A program made the translations under genes and the position numbers. The notes under the pieces were generated by a model. It was not told the origin of the DNA, did no database searches, and saw only the letters and a program-made list of their open reading frames with translations. A DNA stretch of 46,477 bases from a virus. The stretch covers positions 1-46,477 of IMG/VR virus record IMGVR_UViG_3300045988_130925; one strand, 5' to 3'. The first letter of the stretch is position 1. The number at the start of each line of letters is the position of its first letter. This document shows positions 25,290 to 35,907 of this stretch, piece by piece.

Positions 25290-26459
25290 ATGGCAAAAAA
25301 TAACCTTATTAAGCAGGAAAACATCCAGGTTCGCGCACGCGAAGTGGATTTTGTTACCCGTTTTGAGAGAAACTGGGAGCACCTGCGCGAAATTCTTGGC
25401 GTTCTGAGAATGATTAAGAAAGACCCGGGGTCTACTCTTAAATCTAAGTACGCACAGGGCACTCTTGAGAGTGGAAAAGTTGGAGAGGGCGAGGAAATCC
25501 CGTACTCCAAATTCGAGGTCAAGGAAAAGAGCTACGCAGAGATCACCGTAGAGAAGTATGCAAAAGCGGTATCCATCGAAGCTATCAAGACTTACGGCTA
25601 CGATGTTGCCGTGGAGCTGACTGACGATGAGTTTCTTTTCGAACTCCAGACCGATGTTACCGGACGGTTTTACACCTATCTTAAAACCGGAAGCCTTACC
25701 TCTACTGAGAGTACCTTCCAGATGGCTCTTGCTATGGCAAAAGGCCGCGTTGAGGATAAGTTCAAGCAGATGCACAGATCTATCCCGAATGGAATCGTTG
25801 GCTTTGTGAACGGTCTGGATGTGTATGAGTACATAGGTGCGGCAAACATCACCGTGCAGAACAAGTTTGGCTTCCAGTATGTCAAAGACTTCATGGGATT
25901 CAATACCATATTCCTGCTGTCTGAGAGCGAGATTCCACGTGGTAAGGTCATTGCTACCCCGGTAGATAACATCGTGCTGTACTATGTGGACCCGAGCGAT
26001 TCTGACTTTGCAAAAGCCGGACTGGTTTACACCGTGGCAGGCGAGACCCCGCTCATTGGTTTCCATACCCAGGGCAACTACCACACAGCAGTTTCTGAAG
26101 CATTTGCCATCATGGGCATGGTACTGTTTGCAGAGTACCTGGACGGCATCTCTGTTATCAGCTTCGGCGGCTCTGAAACCCTTGGTGATCTGACTGTGGC
26201 TTCCGCAGAAGGCACCGATAGCGGAACCACTAAGCTGACCGTTACCCCGGCAAAGGGGAATGAGGGCAATGTATACAAATACAAGGTTGCATCCAGTCAG
26301 ACAACCGTGGAGTATGGCCAGAATGTAAAGAACTGGAGCGCATGGGACGGCAAGTCCGATATTACAGCTGCAACCGGGCAGGTTATCACGGTAGTTGAGT
26401 GTGACAGCACCTATAAGGCACTGAGCGCAGGACATGCGACAGTAACCGCAAAGGCGTAA
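25290..26459 (+). CDS. major capsid protein with a C-terminal Ig-like extension
   Basis: ATG 25290 within ORF 25191-26459. N-terminus ...VDFVTRFERNWEHLREILG is typical of Firmicutes siphophage capsid proteins. The last ~90 aa (LTVASAEGTDSGTTKLTVTPA...HATVTAKA) are Big_2-like. Confidence 0.85.
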   Translation: MAKNNLIKQENIQVRAREVDFVTRFERNWEHLREILGVLRMIKKDPGSTLKSKYAQGTLESGKVGEGEEIPYSKFEVKEKSYAEITVEKYAKAVSIEAIKTYGYDVAVELTDDEFLFELQTDVTGRFYTYLKTGSLTSTESTFQMALAMAKGRVEDKFKQMHRSIPNGIVGFVNGLDVYEYIGAANITVQNKFGFQYVKDFMGFNTIFLLSESEIPRGKVIATPVDNIVLYYVDPSDSDFAKAGLVYTVAGETPLIGFHTQGNYHTAVSEAFAIMGMVLFAEYLDGISVISFGGSETLGDLTVASAEGTDSGTTKLTVTPAKGNEGNVYKYKVASSQTTVEYGQNVKNWSAWDGKSDITAATGQVITVVECDSTYKALSAGHATVTAKA

Positions 26460-26472
26460 GGAGGGTTCCGGC

Positions 26473-26967
26473 ATGGCATATGCAGACTATGAGTTTTACA
26501 AAACATCATTTTTCGGCAATGTCGTGCCGGAATCTGATTTTATGCGGCTGGCTGAGAGGGCGAGCGACTTTATTGACCGATTGACCTTTGACCGGCTGGC
26601 AGACGGATTACCGTCCGATGATCGGCAGCAGAAGCGTATAAAAAAGGCTGTCTGCGCCGTTGCAGAAATGTTGTATCAGATTGATGTGGCTGAGAAAAAT
26701 GCATTATCAGCGGCGAACGGAACATCAGTCTCTATCCCTGGCGGCGGCACCGCTACTGGCATTGTAACCTCTGTATCATCTGGCAGTGAATCCATTTCCT
26801 ACGCCACGCCTCAGCAGATCGGAGCAAGCGCAAAGGAATGGAGCGCCGTGTATGCCGCCGCCGGAGACGTACAGAAAACGAACGACTTACTTCTTAAGAC
26901 AGCTTTGCCACTTCTAATGGGAGTAAGGACAGATGATGGAATACCAGTTTTGTATGCAGGAGTGTGA
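26473..26967 (+). CDS. head-tail connector (gp6-like adaptor)
   Basis: N-terminus YADYEFYKTSFFGNVVPESDFMRLAERASDFIDRLT and position after the capsid gene. Confidence 0.6.
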   Translation: MAYADYEFYKTSFFGNVVPESDFMRLAERASDFIDRLTFDRLADGLPSDDRQQKRIKKAVCAVAEMLYQIDVAEKNALSAANGTSVSIPGGGTATGIVTSVSSGSESISYATPQQIGASAKEWSAVYAAAGDVQKTNDLLLKTALPLLMGVRTDDGIPVLYAGV

Positions 26968-26969
26968 AT

Positions 26970-27263
26970 ATGAAGTTTAGAAAAAAGCCTGTTATCATTG
27001 AAGCATTTAAGTATGATGGTGATCTGAAAGACCGGAACGGCTTGTTTTACGTTCCATTTTGGGCGCAAGAAGCTTATAAGAAAGGCATTATGTATTACGG
27101 CGCAGAAACTTGTGATTTACCTCCGTGTGAGCTGTATATCGAAACATTAGAGGGAACACATCATGTTTCTGTTGGAGACTATATTATCCAGGGCGTAAAC
27201 GGAGAACTTTATCCGTGCAAGCCAGATATCTTTGAAAAAACTTATGAGGAGGTGAAAGAGTAA
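26970..27263 (+). CDS. PGDYG-like small protein (non-structural insert, tentative)
   Basis: KKPVIIEAFKY ... VGDYIIQGVNGELYPCKPDIFEKTYE. Confidence 0.4.
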   Translation: MKFRKKPVIIEAFKYDGDLKDRNGLFYVPFWAQEAYKKGIMYYGAETCDLPPCELYIETLEGTHHVSVGDYIIQGVNGELYPCKPDIFEKTYEEVKE

Positions 27264-27586
27264 TGGAAGCATTATTCGCAAACATGACCGTGATTCTGGC
27301 AGTGATCGGGATTCTGGCTTTTTGCGTATCGGTCATCACCCAGGTATTTAAGGGTGTAGGTGTCTTGTCCAGGATTCCGACCGATGCACTGGTGTTCGTT
27401 CTTTCCATCGGTATTACTGTAGCCGCTTTTGTGGCATACATGCAGTATATCCAGATGCAGATATTATGGTACATGATTCTGGCAGCTATCATGGCGGGCT
27501 TTATCGTTGCCTTTGTAGCTATGTATGGCTGGAAAAAGCTCACGGAGCTGTGGAAAAGAATGAGTAAGACTGACATTAAAAAGTAA
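27263..27586 (+). CDS. three-TM small membrane protein, holin-like
   Basis: Three hydrophobic helices and a charged C-terminus KKLTELWKRMSKTDIKK. Confidence 0.45.
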   Translation: MEALFANMTVILAVIGILAFCVSVITQVFKGVGVLSRIPTDALVFVLSIGITVAAFVAYMQYIQMQILWYMILAAIMAGFIVAFVAMYGWKKLTELWKRMSKTDIKK

Positions 27587-27606
27587 TGATCGTCGGGTGA
27601 TAAAAC

Positions 27607-28068
27607 ATGTATGACAAAACGATAACGGTTTTTAACGGGTATGCCTCAAAAACCACAGGAAAATCATACTGGTATCCGCACATCCTGTCCGGCGTTGATC
27701 TGATAACCGACCACGGCGCAATACTGAAAAAGTATGGCCCGGACAGCACCGACAATGCCGCACTGCATATTGCTTACACCCCGAATGGGGAAAAGGTGAT
27801 GGCGCAGCAGTCGGACGGTTCAGCGGTGCCGTGGTTGCCCCCGAAAGCATGGGCGGCGCAGGTAAATGATGATCTTCCGGGCAGTATCACCTTCGGGCCA
27901 GAGGACTTTTTCTGGCAGGGTGAATGGACTGGCGGCATGGTTGTGGATGATGATTACCGCGACGGTTTTTACCAGTACATGAACAGCCAAAGGGATAACG
28001 TCTATAAGATAACAAGCGTTGGCGGTCCGTATACGGTAATACCTCACTTTGAGATCCTTGGCAAGTAA
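27607..28068 (+). CDS. head-tail joining protein (putative)
   Basis: Position between connector and tail genes; 153 aa. Confidence 0.45.
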   Translation: MYDKTITVFNGYASKTTGKSYWYPHILSGVDLITDHGAILKKYGPDSTDNAALHIAYTPNGEKVMAQQSDGSAVPWLPPKAWAAQVNDDLPGSITFGPEDFFWQGEWTGGMVVDDDYRDGFYQYMNSQRDNVYKITSVGGPYTVIPHFEILGK

Positions 28069-28079
28069 GGGGCGGTGAT

Positions 28080-28574
28080 ATGTCACGTAGCAAGCATTAT
28101 TATTTAAAAAATCTATCTTACAACGCCGGATCGCTGCATCTGGAATTGGACATGTCTCGCTTTGAGAGGCAGTTCCAGACCGCACAGTATTATCTGGACG
28201 GAGCCGTTATGAATAGTATGGTGCCGTACATGCCGATGGTAACTGGCAGCTTTATCAATACCACCCGTGCTGCCAGTGCGGCGGTACAGGGAAGCGGCTT
28301 TGTGTATGCCGGATATGGCCCACAAGGGCGCTATCTGTACGAGGGTAAGGTTATGGTTGATGAACTGACCGGATCACCCCGGGCGCGGCGTGGAGCACGT
28401 AAGGTGCTTGTGAGTGAGTACACAGGCAAGACCAACGCACGAGAAAACATCACTTACACGCACCAGGCACACCCAAAAGCACAGGATCACTGGTTTGAAG
28501 CGGCGAAGCAGGCAGACGGAAAGACATGGATAAAAGGTGTAAAGCACATAGCTGGAGGTGGTAAGCATGGATAA
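28080..28574 (+). CDS. head-tail joining / minor capsid-type protein
   Basis: Position; 164 aa; overlaps the next gene. Confidence 0.5.
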   Translation: MSRSKHYYLKNLSYNAGSLHLELDMSRFERQFQTAQYYLDGAVMNSMVPYMPMVTGSFINTTRAASAAVQGSGFVYAGYGPQGRYLYEGKVMVDELTGSPRARRGARKVLVSEYTGKTNARENITYTHQAHPKAQDHWFEAAKQADGKTWIKGVKHIAGGGKHG

Positions 28575-29067
28575 GGTCATAGGGCGGGACGCAAGCGGGT
28601 TTGATATTCTCACCCGCGCGTTGAAATCCCTGTTAAATCAATATCCTGGTCTGGAAGATGGCGAGGTCATTAAGTTTGAGGAGCTTGGGAAAGAATCCGG
28701 AATAGCCTTTTCAGCTGACAATGGGGCGCTGGTGTATGCAGAATCGGAAGATGTCTGCGGCGGCATCCATCAGCAATGCCAGTATCCGTTTTACGTGGTA
28801 TACCGCACAGCAGCCACAAAAGAACGGCTTAAACTGAATGTACAAGACTTCCTTGACACCCTCGGCAAGTGGATATGCCGGGAGCCTGTTTCTATAAACG
28901 GCACTCAGACGCGCCTAGCGGCCTTTCCGCCCCTGTCTGATGGTCGAGTGATAAAACGCATTACCCGCGATAACTCATACGGTTTAGAGCCAAATGAGGA
29001 AGCGGTGCAAGACTGGGTACTGCCTGTTACGGTGCAATACACAAATGACATAGAATATGAAGCGTAG
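28567..29067 (+). CDS. head-tail joining / tail completion protein
   Basis: ATG 28567; lies just upstream of the major tail protein gene. Confidence 0.5.
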   Translation: MDKVIGRDASGFDILTRALKSLLNQYPGLEDGEVIKFEELGKESGIAFSADNGALVYAESEDVCGGIHQQCQYPFYVVYRTAATKERLKLNVQDFLDTLGKWICREPVSINGTQTRLAAFPPLSDGRVIKRITRDNSYGLEPNEEAVQDWVLPVTVQYTNDIEYEA

Positions 29068-29088
29068 TAGCGCAGAAAGGACGAATTT

Positions 29089-29586
29089 ATGAAGCTTACC
29101 AGAGGTGCATACAGAACCTTTCTTGATTCAACGTTTGGTGGTACCGGTACGCCGAAATGGTGGCGCATCGGTAAATACAACGATAGTATGAGCGTAGCTC
29201 TGAATCCGGATGTGTCCACGAGTAAGAACATTTGGGATGAGACTTATGTAGAAGACAACGGATATGAACCTTCTGTAGAGGACATAACATATTACGCGGA
29301 CCCTACTGATACAATCTATCCGATGATCCGCGATATAGCTATGAACAGACTGCGTGGTGATGAATGTAAGACTACCATTTTGGAGGTTATCATTGAGGAC
29401 ACTGAGAAAACCAATCACCTGGCATGGACCGAAGATGTTGTTATCAATACAAGCGAATATGGAGGCGGTACTGATGGTTTTACTATCCCGTTTTCCATAT
29501 ACTTCGATGGAAACAGAAAAAAAGGTTATGTAACCATTGAATCCGGAACTCCAGCCTTTAAAGAGGGCGAGATTCCGCTTACCTAA
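29089..29586 (+). CDS. major tail (tube) protein
   Basis: 165 aa, beta-rich, immediately upstream of the chaperone pair and tape measure gene. Confidence 0.6.
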   Translation: MKLTRGAYRTFLDSTFGGTGTPKWWRIGKYNDSMSVALNPDVSTSKNIWDETYVEDNGYEPSVEDITYYADPTDTIYPMIRDIAMNRLRGDECKTTILEVIIEDTEKTNHLAWTEDVVINTSEYGGGTDGFTIPFSIYFDGNRKKGYVTIESGTPAFKEGEIPLT

Positions 29587-29602
29587 GAGGAGGGTGTGAG
29601 TT

Positions 29603-30049
29603 ATGGGAAATATAATAACCATTGATGATGGCAGTGAGGTCTTTGACATCGTAAATCAGCGTGGCGAGCATCTGGGCCAGTTTACTTTTATTCCATCGGA
29701 TTTTGACATAGTGAACAGATATGATGAGACAGTGAAAACATTCGAGGAATTACAGGGCGAGCTTGAAAGAGGGGAAAATACTGATCTCAATGAGATCAGT
29801 CGGAAAATGTGCGAAAAGATAGATTACCTTTTCGCGGCTCCGGTGTCAGAGAAGTTTTTCTCGATAACATCCCCATTTACATTTCTTAATTCTGGCCAGT
29901 TTTTCGTTGAAAATGTTATCAATGCCATCAAAACTGTTATCGAGCAGAAGCGTGGAATCCGGCTCCAGGCCGTGCAGAACCGCGTAAAAGAATATACGCA
30001 GAAATACAAGGCAGCTCCTGGGGGAAGATATCTTTCCCCACTTAAATGA
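29603..30049 (+). CDS. tail assembly chaperone (gpG-like)
   Basis: Acidic 148 aa; position. Confidence 0.5.
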   Translation: MGNIITIDDGSEVFDIVNQRGEHLGQFTFIPSDFDIVNRYDETVKTFEELQGELERGENTDLNEISRKMCEKIDYLFAAPVSEKFFSITSPFTFLNSGQFFVENVINAIKTVIEQKRGIRLQAVQNRVKEYTQKYKAAPGGRYLSPLK

Positions 30050-30621
30050 TGCACTCATGGGACTTACCATTAACCCTTACGGTTGGTGGTAAGTCTTATG
30101 GTATACGGACAGATTTCAGACCGTGCCTGGATATTATGACGGCATTTAATGATGCAAATCTTGACGATGCGGGAAAGTATCAGGTCATGGTGGATATCCT
30201 TTATGAAGAAAGTATTCCAGAAGATGATATTCCAGAAGCAATAGAACAGGCTTTGTGGTTCCTGGACTGTGGGAAACCGGCAGATAATATACCGCGCCCG
30301 CGTGTTATGGATTGGGAACAGGATGCACCAATTGTTTTTTCTGCAATTAACAAGATATCTGGTCGTGAGGTTCGCGATCCGAACCAATATATGCACTGGT
30401 GGACCTTCATCGGGTACTTTGATGAAATCGGAGATGGAACATTTTCCCAGGTTCTAGCAATTCGGCAAAAACGGGCAAAAGGCGAGAAACTGGAGAAATG
30501 GGAATTAGAATTTTTTAAAAACAACAGGTCTATGGTGGAATTAAAACAGACAATGTCCAACGAAGAAAAAGAACAGTGGCGCATTGAGCAAGAAGCTGTG
30601 GACGCTCTGTTCGACACGTAA
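30046..30621 (+). CDS. Gp15-like tail assembly protein
   Basis: GGKSYGIRTDFRPCLDIM ... MHWWTFIGYFDEI resembles the phage Gp15 family; lies immediately before the tape measure gene. Confidence 0.6.
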   Translation: MMHSWDLPLTLTVGGKSYGIRTDFRPCLDIMTAFNDANLDDAGKYQVMVDILYEESIPEDDIPEAIEQALWFLDCGKPADNIPRPRVMDWEQDAPIVFSAINKISGREVRDPNQYMHWWTFIGYFDEIGDGTFSQVLAIRQKRAKGEKLEKWELEFFKNNRSMVELKQTMSNEEKEQWRIEQEAVDALFDT

Positions 30622-30638
30622 CGTAAGGCGGTGATATA

Positions 30639-33299
30639 TTGACGGCAGACGGATCAATAGTAATCGACACAGAGATAAGCACCAAGGGCATGAAGCCAGG
30701 AACAGAAGAGGTAGAAGCCGCCGTAAGAAGAATGGCAAATGGGATTGATGATCTTGGGAAAAAATCAGAAATCGCAGTCCAGAAGCAGGTCACCGCTTTT
30801 GCGAAACTGAATAGCCTGTATGCCGCACAGGAACGGAAGGTTGAAAAGCTACGTGAAGCATTGGAAGCGTATGCCGAAACGAAGATACCTACACAGGCAT
30901 ACGCTGAGATTCGGAATCAGATAGAAAAGACAGAACAGAAATTAACAGCTCTGCTTGAACGCCAGCAAAAGTTTTTGGACACTGGAGGCAGAACCAACAG
31001 TAGCACCTATAAAAAAATGCAGTATGACATAGAGCAGCTGAATAATTCGTTAAAATATGCAAAAGGTGAATTGAAAGATCTGGAAGATTCTGGAGGAGCC
31101 TTTACACTTGGAAAAGATACAGATAAGTTTTCCCAGATGTACGACAAGTATGCAACAGAAGCTAAAAAGCTCAAGCAAATGAATGAATCTCTAGGAATAT
31201 CGTATAACCGAGTGAAAAACGAATTTGAGGAGTATAAAAAACGGCTCCTTGGTATTGACGGTGCCAGCAAAAAAGCCACAAACTCAACAAAAAAACTTGG
31301 GATTCAGATGAAAAAGAGTCAAAAACCAACCAAGAAGTATGGAGAGGCATTGAGTGGCGTGGTAAGGCGCTTGGTTATGTTTCGGCTTTTGCGTTCTACT
31401 ATATCTCTTGCATTTAGATCGGCCCGTGAGGGAATGGAGAACCTTGCTCAGTATTCTCCAGAGACAAACAAGGCCATATCAAATGTGCTTTCGTCTCTTA
31501 CGCAGTTGAAAAATTCATTTGCTACTGCTTTTTCTCCAATAGCGGAATATGCGTCCCCTGTATTGGTAGAGTTTATTTCATTGCTTTCAGAAGCAGTTAC
31601 GTGGACTTCTCAGTTTTTTGCGGCTCTTACCGGAAAAGATACATATACCAAAGCAACGAAGGTAGAGGAAGACTACGGCGCTGCCTTAAAAGAGAGTAAC
31701 AAGCAGATAAAGGCACAGGAAAAGGCGAATAAAAAGCTGACGTATTCGTTTGATGAGCTTATCCAGGCCGGGAACAAATCAGATCAGGACAAGACCGGGT
31801 ATGTCGGACCTACACCAGATCAGATGTTTACCACGGAAAAGGTATCAAACGACATAAAGGCCCGTGCTGATGCAGTGAAAAAGATATTCTCCGGCCTGTT
31901 TGCTCCGCTGAAAGAATCGTGGCTTGATAATGGACCGGAAGTGATACAGTCACTCACAAATCTGTTTGTATCCGCAAAACAGCTTGCAAAAGATGTTGGA
32001 GCATCGTTCATGCAGGTCTGGAATGTGGAGAGTTACGGAAAGGCAATAACAGACAATCTACTTATAACGTTTGCTAATTTGGCACAAGCTGTTGCAAACC
32101 TTATAACGCAGTTTGATAAAGCATGGGTTTCAGGTGATACCGGAACGAACATACTGCGGCATCTTGGAGATATTCTTGTTACATTATCTGGATTCTTCCG
32201 TGATGCGTCTGAAAGCATTAAGGATTGGTCAGTCAATTTAGATTTTTCCCCGCTCCTGGAATCTTTTGATAATGTACTTGCATCAGCGAATCCGGTTGTA
32301 CGGGCCATTGGTAATTTGCTTTTATGGTTTTTAAATAATGTTTTGCTTCCAATAACAAAATGGGGTCTTGAGCAGGGATTACCGGATGTTTTCGAACTTA
32401 TAGCAGCATCTCTCGATCTTTTATATTCGGTTATCGAAACATTGGCGCCTACCGCTGAATGGTTTTGGAATACTTTTTTACAGCCGTTTGGTGAATGGAG
32501 TGGCAAAGTTATTATTGCAGCGTTAAAAAAACTGGTTAATGCATTGCTTAAGTTTTCTGATTGGATTTATGAAAATCAGTCACTTGTAGAATCAGCAACT
32601 GTAGCTGTCCTTGCGTTTTTTGCCGCATGGAAATTTCTTGCGTTTTTAAATGGAGTATCACAAATCATAGCCAAATCAGGTGAGCTTATTGTTATGTTTT
32701 TAAAATTGATTGATGCAATTGACCCAGTTGCTTTATCCATAAGCGGAATAATAAGTTTGGTTGCAGTACTGGCAAGAAACTGGGATAAAATGACTCCCAC
32801 AGAAAGAATGATAAGTGGCCTTCTGGCAGCAGCTTCCGCGGTTGGTGTTCTTGCTGTTGCGCTTGGTGCACTTTCTGGTGGCGTAGGCGCGGCGGTTGTG
32901 GCAGCATCTCTTGCGGCAGGAATAGCAGCTGCAACGATTGCGATTGATGCAGGTAAACGGAAGACACAGTCTGTCTACAGAAGTGCTGGTGGTGGAAGAT
33001 CTGCAAAATACGCTTATGCGGCTGCAACGTACAATATGCCACGCCTTGCTACTGGGACTGTAGTACCGCCACGTGCCGGAGAGTTTGCCGCAATCCTTGG
33101 AGATAACAAGCGCGAGACAGAGGTTGTTTCCCCGTTAAGCACGATGAAACAGGCATTGAAAGAAGCTCTGGCAGAAAGCGGAGGTAGTCGGGACATAACG
33201 GTTATCATGGAAGTGGACGGTCGGCGCTTTGGACAGGCCGTGTACAAGGCAAACAATGAAGAAAAACAGCGTGTAGGTGTAAGGATGGTGACAGTATGA
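30639..33299 (+). CDS. tape measure protein
   Basis: 886 aa, the longest ORF. Coiled-coil N-terminus, hydrophobic central segments. TTG start after AAGGCGGTGA. Confidence 0.9.
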   Translation: MTADGSIVIDTEISTKGMKPGTEEVEAAVRRMANGIDDLGKKSEIAVQKQVTAFAKLNSLYAAQERKVEKLREALEAYAETKIPTQAYAEIRNQIEKTEQKLTALLERQQKFLDTGGRTNSSTYKKMQYDIEQLNNSLKYAKGELKDLEDSGGAFTLGKDTDKFSQMYDKYATEAKKLKQMNESLGISYNRVKNEFEEYKKRLLGIDGASKKATNSTKKLGIQMKKSQKPTKKYGEALSGVVRRLVMFRLLRSTISLAFRSAREGMENLAQYSPETNKAISNVLSSLTQLKNSFATAFSPIAEYASPVLVEFISLLSEAVTWTSQFFAALTGKDTYTKATKVEEDYGAALKESNKQIKAQEKANKKLTYSFDELIQAGNKSDQDKTGYVGPTPDQMFTTEKVSNDIKARADAVKKIFSGLFAPLKESWLDNGPEVIQSLTNLFVSAKQLAKDVGASFMQVWNVESYGKAITDNLLITFANLAQAVANLITQFDKAWVSGDTGTNILRHLGDILVTLSGFFRDASESIKDWSVNLDFSPLLESFDNVLASANPVVRAIGNLLLWFLNNVLLPITKWGLEQGLPDVFELIAASLDLLYSVIETLAPTAEWFWNTFLQPFGEWSGKVIIAALKKLVNALLKFSDWIYENQSLVESATVAVLAFFAAWKFLAFLNGVSQIIAKSGELIVMFLKLIDAIDPVALSISGIISLVAVLARNWDKMTPTERMISGLLAAASAVGVLAVALGALSGGVGAAVVAASLAAGIAAATIAIDAGKRKTQSVYRSAGGGRSAKYAYAAATYNMPRLATGTVVPPRAGEFAAILGDNKRETEVVSPLSTMKQALKEALAESGGSRDITVIMEVDGRRFGQAVYKANNEEKQRVGVRMVTV

Positions 33300-33694
33300 T
33301 AAACGGTGTTTTTACTATTGATGGCTTAGATCTGCGCATCCAGGTTACAGACCTGGAACGCAGCTTTGCTGTTACCGATAGCGATAATTCCGGGCGTGTG
33401 CAATCCCGTAGGATGTACAGGGACATTATAGGTACATTCTATAACTACACACTAACCGTAGACCCGGATAAAAGCAACAGGGCAGATTATGATACGTTTT
33501 ATGATATCATTTCGGCTCCGGTTGAGTCCCACACGATGTCTTTTCCTTACGGTCAGGAAACGCTTGAATTTGAAGCCTATGTCACAAACGGTAAAGACAA
33601 GCTAAAAAAAGAAAAAGACAAAGACGGGAACGACATAAATAAATGGAGCGGATTATCTATTGATTTTATCGCAATGGAGCCGCAGAGGACATGA
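33296..33694 (+). CDS. distal tail protein-like (small)
   Basis: Immediately follows the tape measure gene with an ATGA overlap. Confidence 0.4.
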   Translation: MINGVFTIDGLDLRIQVTDLERSFAVTDSDNSGRVQSRRMYRDIIGTFYNYTLTVDPDKSNRADYDTFYDIISAPVESHTMSFPYGQETLEFEAYVTNGKDKLKKEKDKDGNDINKWSGLSIDFIAMEPQRT

Positions 33695-33695
33695 T

Positions 33696-35474
33696 ATGAA
33701 AGAAAAAGCGAGATCAAAAACAGCCGGGACAGGACTAAAAATAGTATATGATGATGTGGCTCCATATGCAAAAGATAACAGTTTTCCAAAAATCATGGAT
33801 ACTGGTTTACGGCCGCATAAAGGCCTGTATCCAAAAACTGGTTTATATCCAAATGCAACAACGACAAGAAGAGAGTTTCCGGATCTCCGGCGGGATGATC
33901 TGACTTATCCCGGATATGCACTTTGCTATCCGGGTTTTTCCCTTTTAAATGGTCAGTACATAAATATCCCGGAAGATCATGAAGATTATGGATATATCAG
34001 TGACGAGTGGTCAAACGAAGACGGCATATTCGGCTACTCTATAAAAACTCCTGGCCTTATGCCGCAAATTGGCCTTTATCCACGTGTGTTCCTTTATCCG
34101 TCTGGCGGACGGGACATTATGATGAATCAGCCGACCCTTACCATAACATTTAATGGCAAGTTCTCTAGTGTAGGTATTCTGCTTACGTTCAATCTTCTCT
34201 CTGGAGATTATGCAACCGGTTTAAATATCAAATGGTACGAGGACGGTCATTTGCTTTCATCTAAGGATTTTTCACCGGACAGTAGCCGCTATTTTTGCAA
34301 TAACTATGTTCAAAATTATAACATGCTTGCAATAACATTTAAAAAGACTTCAAAGCCGTACAGGCCGGTGTTCCTCACCAGAATAGATTACGGCATCTAC
34401 AGAGATTTCCTGTCCGATGAGCTGGTTACTACTGATTGTATACAAGAGATCAATGCAATATCTGAGAACATCAGTATAAATACCTTGTCTTTCACTGTGC
34501 GCACCAAAAGCAATATTCCGTTCGATCTCCAGAAAAAACAGAAATTAGCAGTTTTTTTTGATAATGATCTGATTGGGAACTTTTACCTTAAAAATGGAGC
34601 TAGGAAAAATGTCTTTGATTATTACCTGGATGCGCATGATGCGCTGGGTGTCCTTGACGGAAATGAGTATGTCGGTGGGATATACTCTGGGGAGTTGGTA
34701 AAAGATGTGGTAGCCGATATCTTTTCTGGTGAGGACTTTACCTGCGCTATAGACCCGTCCTTGTCAGATCAGGCTCTTTACGGGTACATACCATATACCA
34801 CAAAGCGCAATGCTCTGGTGCAGATTGCGTTTGCTATAGGCGCTATAGTGGATACATCAAACGTAGAAGGTGTATCCATGTATCCGCAGCAGAATGATGT
34901 AACAGGAACATTCCCGGCATCAGATACGTTTGACGGCGTAACCCTGGAACGATCTGATATAGTAACCGGAATAAGGCTTACAACGCATACATATCAGACG
35001 TCAGATGAATCACAGGAAATTTACAATGAGACGCTTTCTGGAACGGCTGAAATAGTTTTTTCGGAGCCTTACCATGACCTTTCTGTTTCCGGCGGTACCG
35101 TAGTAAGAAGCGGCGCAAACTATGTGGTGGTATTTGGAACAGGCGCAAATGTTACAATAATTGGTAAGAAATATATCCATAATACAAGCCAGATTTTAAA
35201 GGAAAATCCTGACATTGTATTTAATAAAAACATTAAAGAAGTTACTGATGCTACGCTTATAAATGCACAAAATGCAGAGCAGGCCATAGACCGGATCTAT
35301 CGGTACTATATGCGCGCCGAAAGCGTTACCGGAGATGTTTTACTAAAAGATAAAGTTGTCGGTCAGCGAGTCGAAATCGACACCGGATATGATGGAAAAA
35401 AGTCAGGTGTAATTGAAAGCGTAGACTACAGTTTTGGAAATGCAATAAAAGCAAAGGTGACGATTCATGAGTGA
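33696..35474 (+). CDS. tail tip / Tal-like protein
   Basis: 592 aa, second gene after the tape measure gene. Duplicated GL.P..GLYP...LYP motif near the N-terminus. Confidence 0.5.
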   Translation: MKEKARSKTAGTGLKIVYDDVAPYAKDNSFPKIMDTGLRPHKGLYPKTGLYPNATTTRREFPDLRRDDLTYPGYALCYPGFSLLNGQYINIPEDHEDYGYISDEWSNEDGIFGYSIKTPGLMPQIGLYPRVFLYPSGGRDIMMNQPTLTITFNGKFSSVGILLTFNLLSGDYATGLNIKWYEDGHLLSSKDFSPDSSRYFCNNYVQNYNMLAITFKKTSKPYRPVFLTRIDYGIYRDFLSDELVTTDCIQEINAISENISINTLSFTVRTKSNIPFDLQKKQKLAVFFDNDLIGNFYLKNGARKNVFDYYLDAHDALGVLDGNEYVGGIYSGELVKDVVADIFSGEDFTCAIDPSLSDQALYGYIPYTTKRNALVQIAFAIGAIVDTSNVEGVSMYPQQNDVTGTFPASDTFDGVTLERSDIVTGIRLTTHTYQTSDESQEIYNETLSGTAEIVFSEPYHDLSVSGGTVVRSGANYVVVFGTGANVTIIGKKYIHNTSQILKENPDIVFNKNIKEVTDATLINAQNAEQAIDRIYRYYMRAESVTGDVLLKDKVVGQRVEIDTGYDGKKSGVIESVDYSFGNAIKAKVTIHE

Positions 35475-35907
35475 CATTTTGAATGGGCTTATATTTGATC
35501 GGACTCAGGCCGATATTGAGTCTCTTACTAAGAAAGCTTATATAGACTATCAGGATTTAAACCGTGTAGAAACGGCAGTAAAATGGGTGTCTTATTTTTT
35601 AAATCGGTGTGGGTACAAAAACACTACGCGGAACAAAACGAACTGGAGCATGAATGATTTTCGAACAGAAAAAGATATGGAACGTCTTAGATCAAATATA
35701 AATTCTATTCGATCTGCATTTTATGCTCCTGCCAGCACACCGTTAACTCCTGCAAAGATAACGTATACTTCCATCTGGCAGGCAAATGCCATAGAACAAA
35801 TCATTTACGATATCGGCGTGATTGCAGAAAAAATTGAGCCAGGGCTGAATCATCTGAGTTTTAACCTTGGAACTCGCGGATTTGGGAACAGGAGAGTTAA
35901 TCTATGA
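35467..35907 (+). CDS. tail fibre-associated structural protein
   Basis: N-terminus FDRTQADIESLT...DLNRVETAV, common in phage fibre proteins. Confidence 0.45.
   Translation: MSDILNGLIFDRTQADIESLTKKAYIDYQDLNRVETAVKWVSYFLNRCGYKNTTRNKTNWSMNDFRTEKDMERLRSNINSIRSAFYAPASTPLTPAKITYTSIWQANAIEQIIYDIGVIAEKIEPGLNHLSFNLGTRGFGNRRVNL

Noticed and set aside
25260-26474. 404-aa minus-strand ORF
   Set aside because: It is antisense to the major capsid gene, whose identity is well supported. The composition looks like a mirror-frame artefact.
29603-30621. Programmed -1 frameshift between the tail chaperone ORFs
   Set aside because: The two ORFs are joined by an ATGA stop-start overlap, and I could not find a convincing slippery heptamer near the end of the first. 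I treated them as separate genes.
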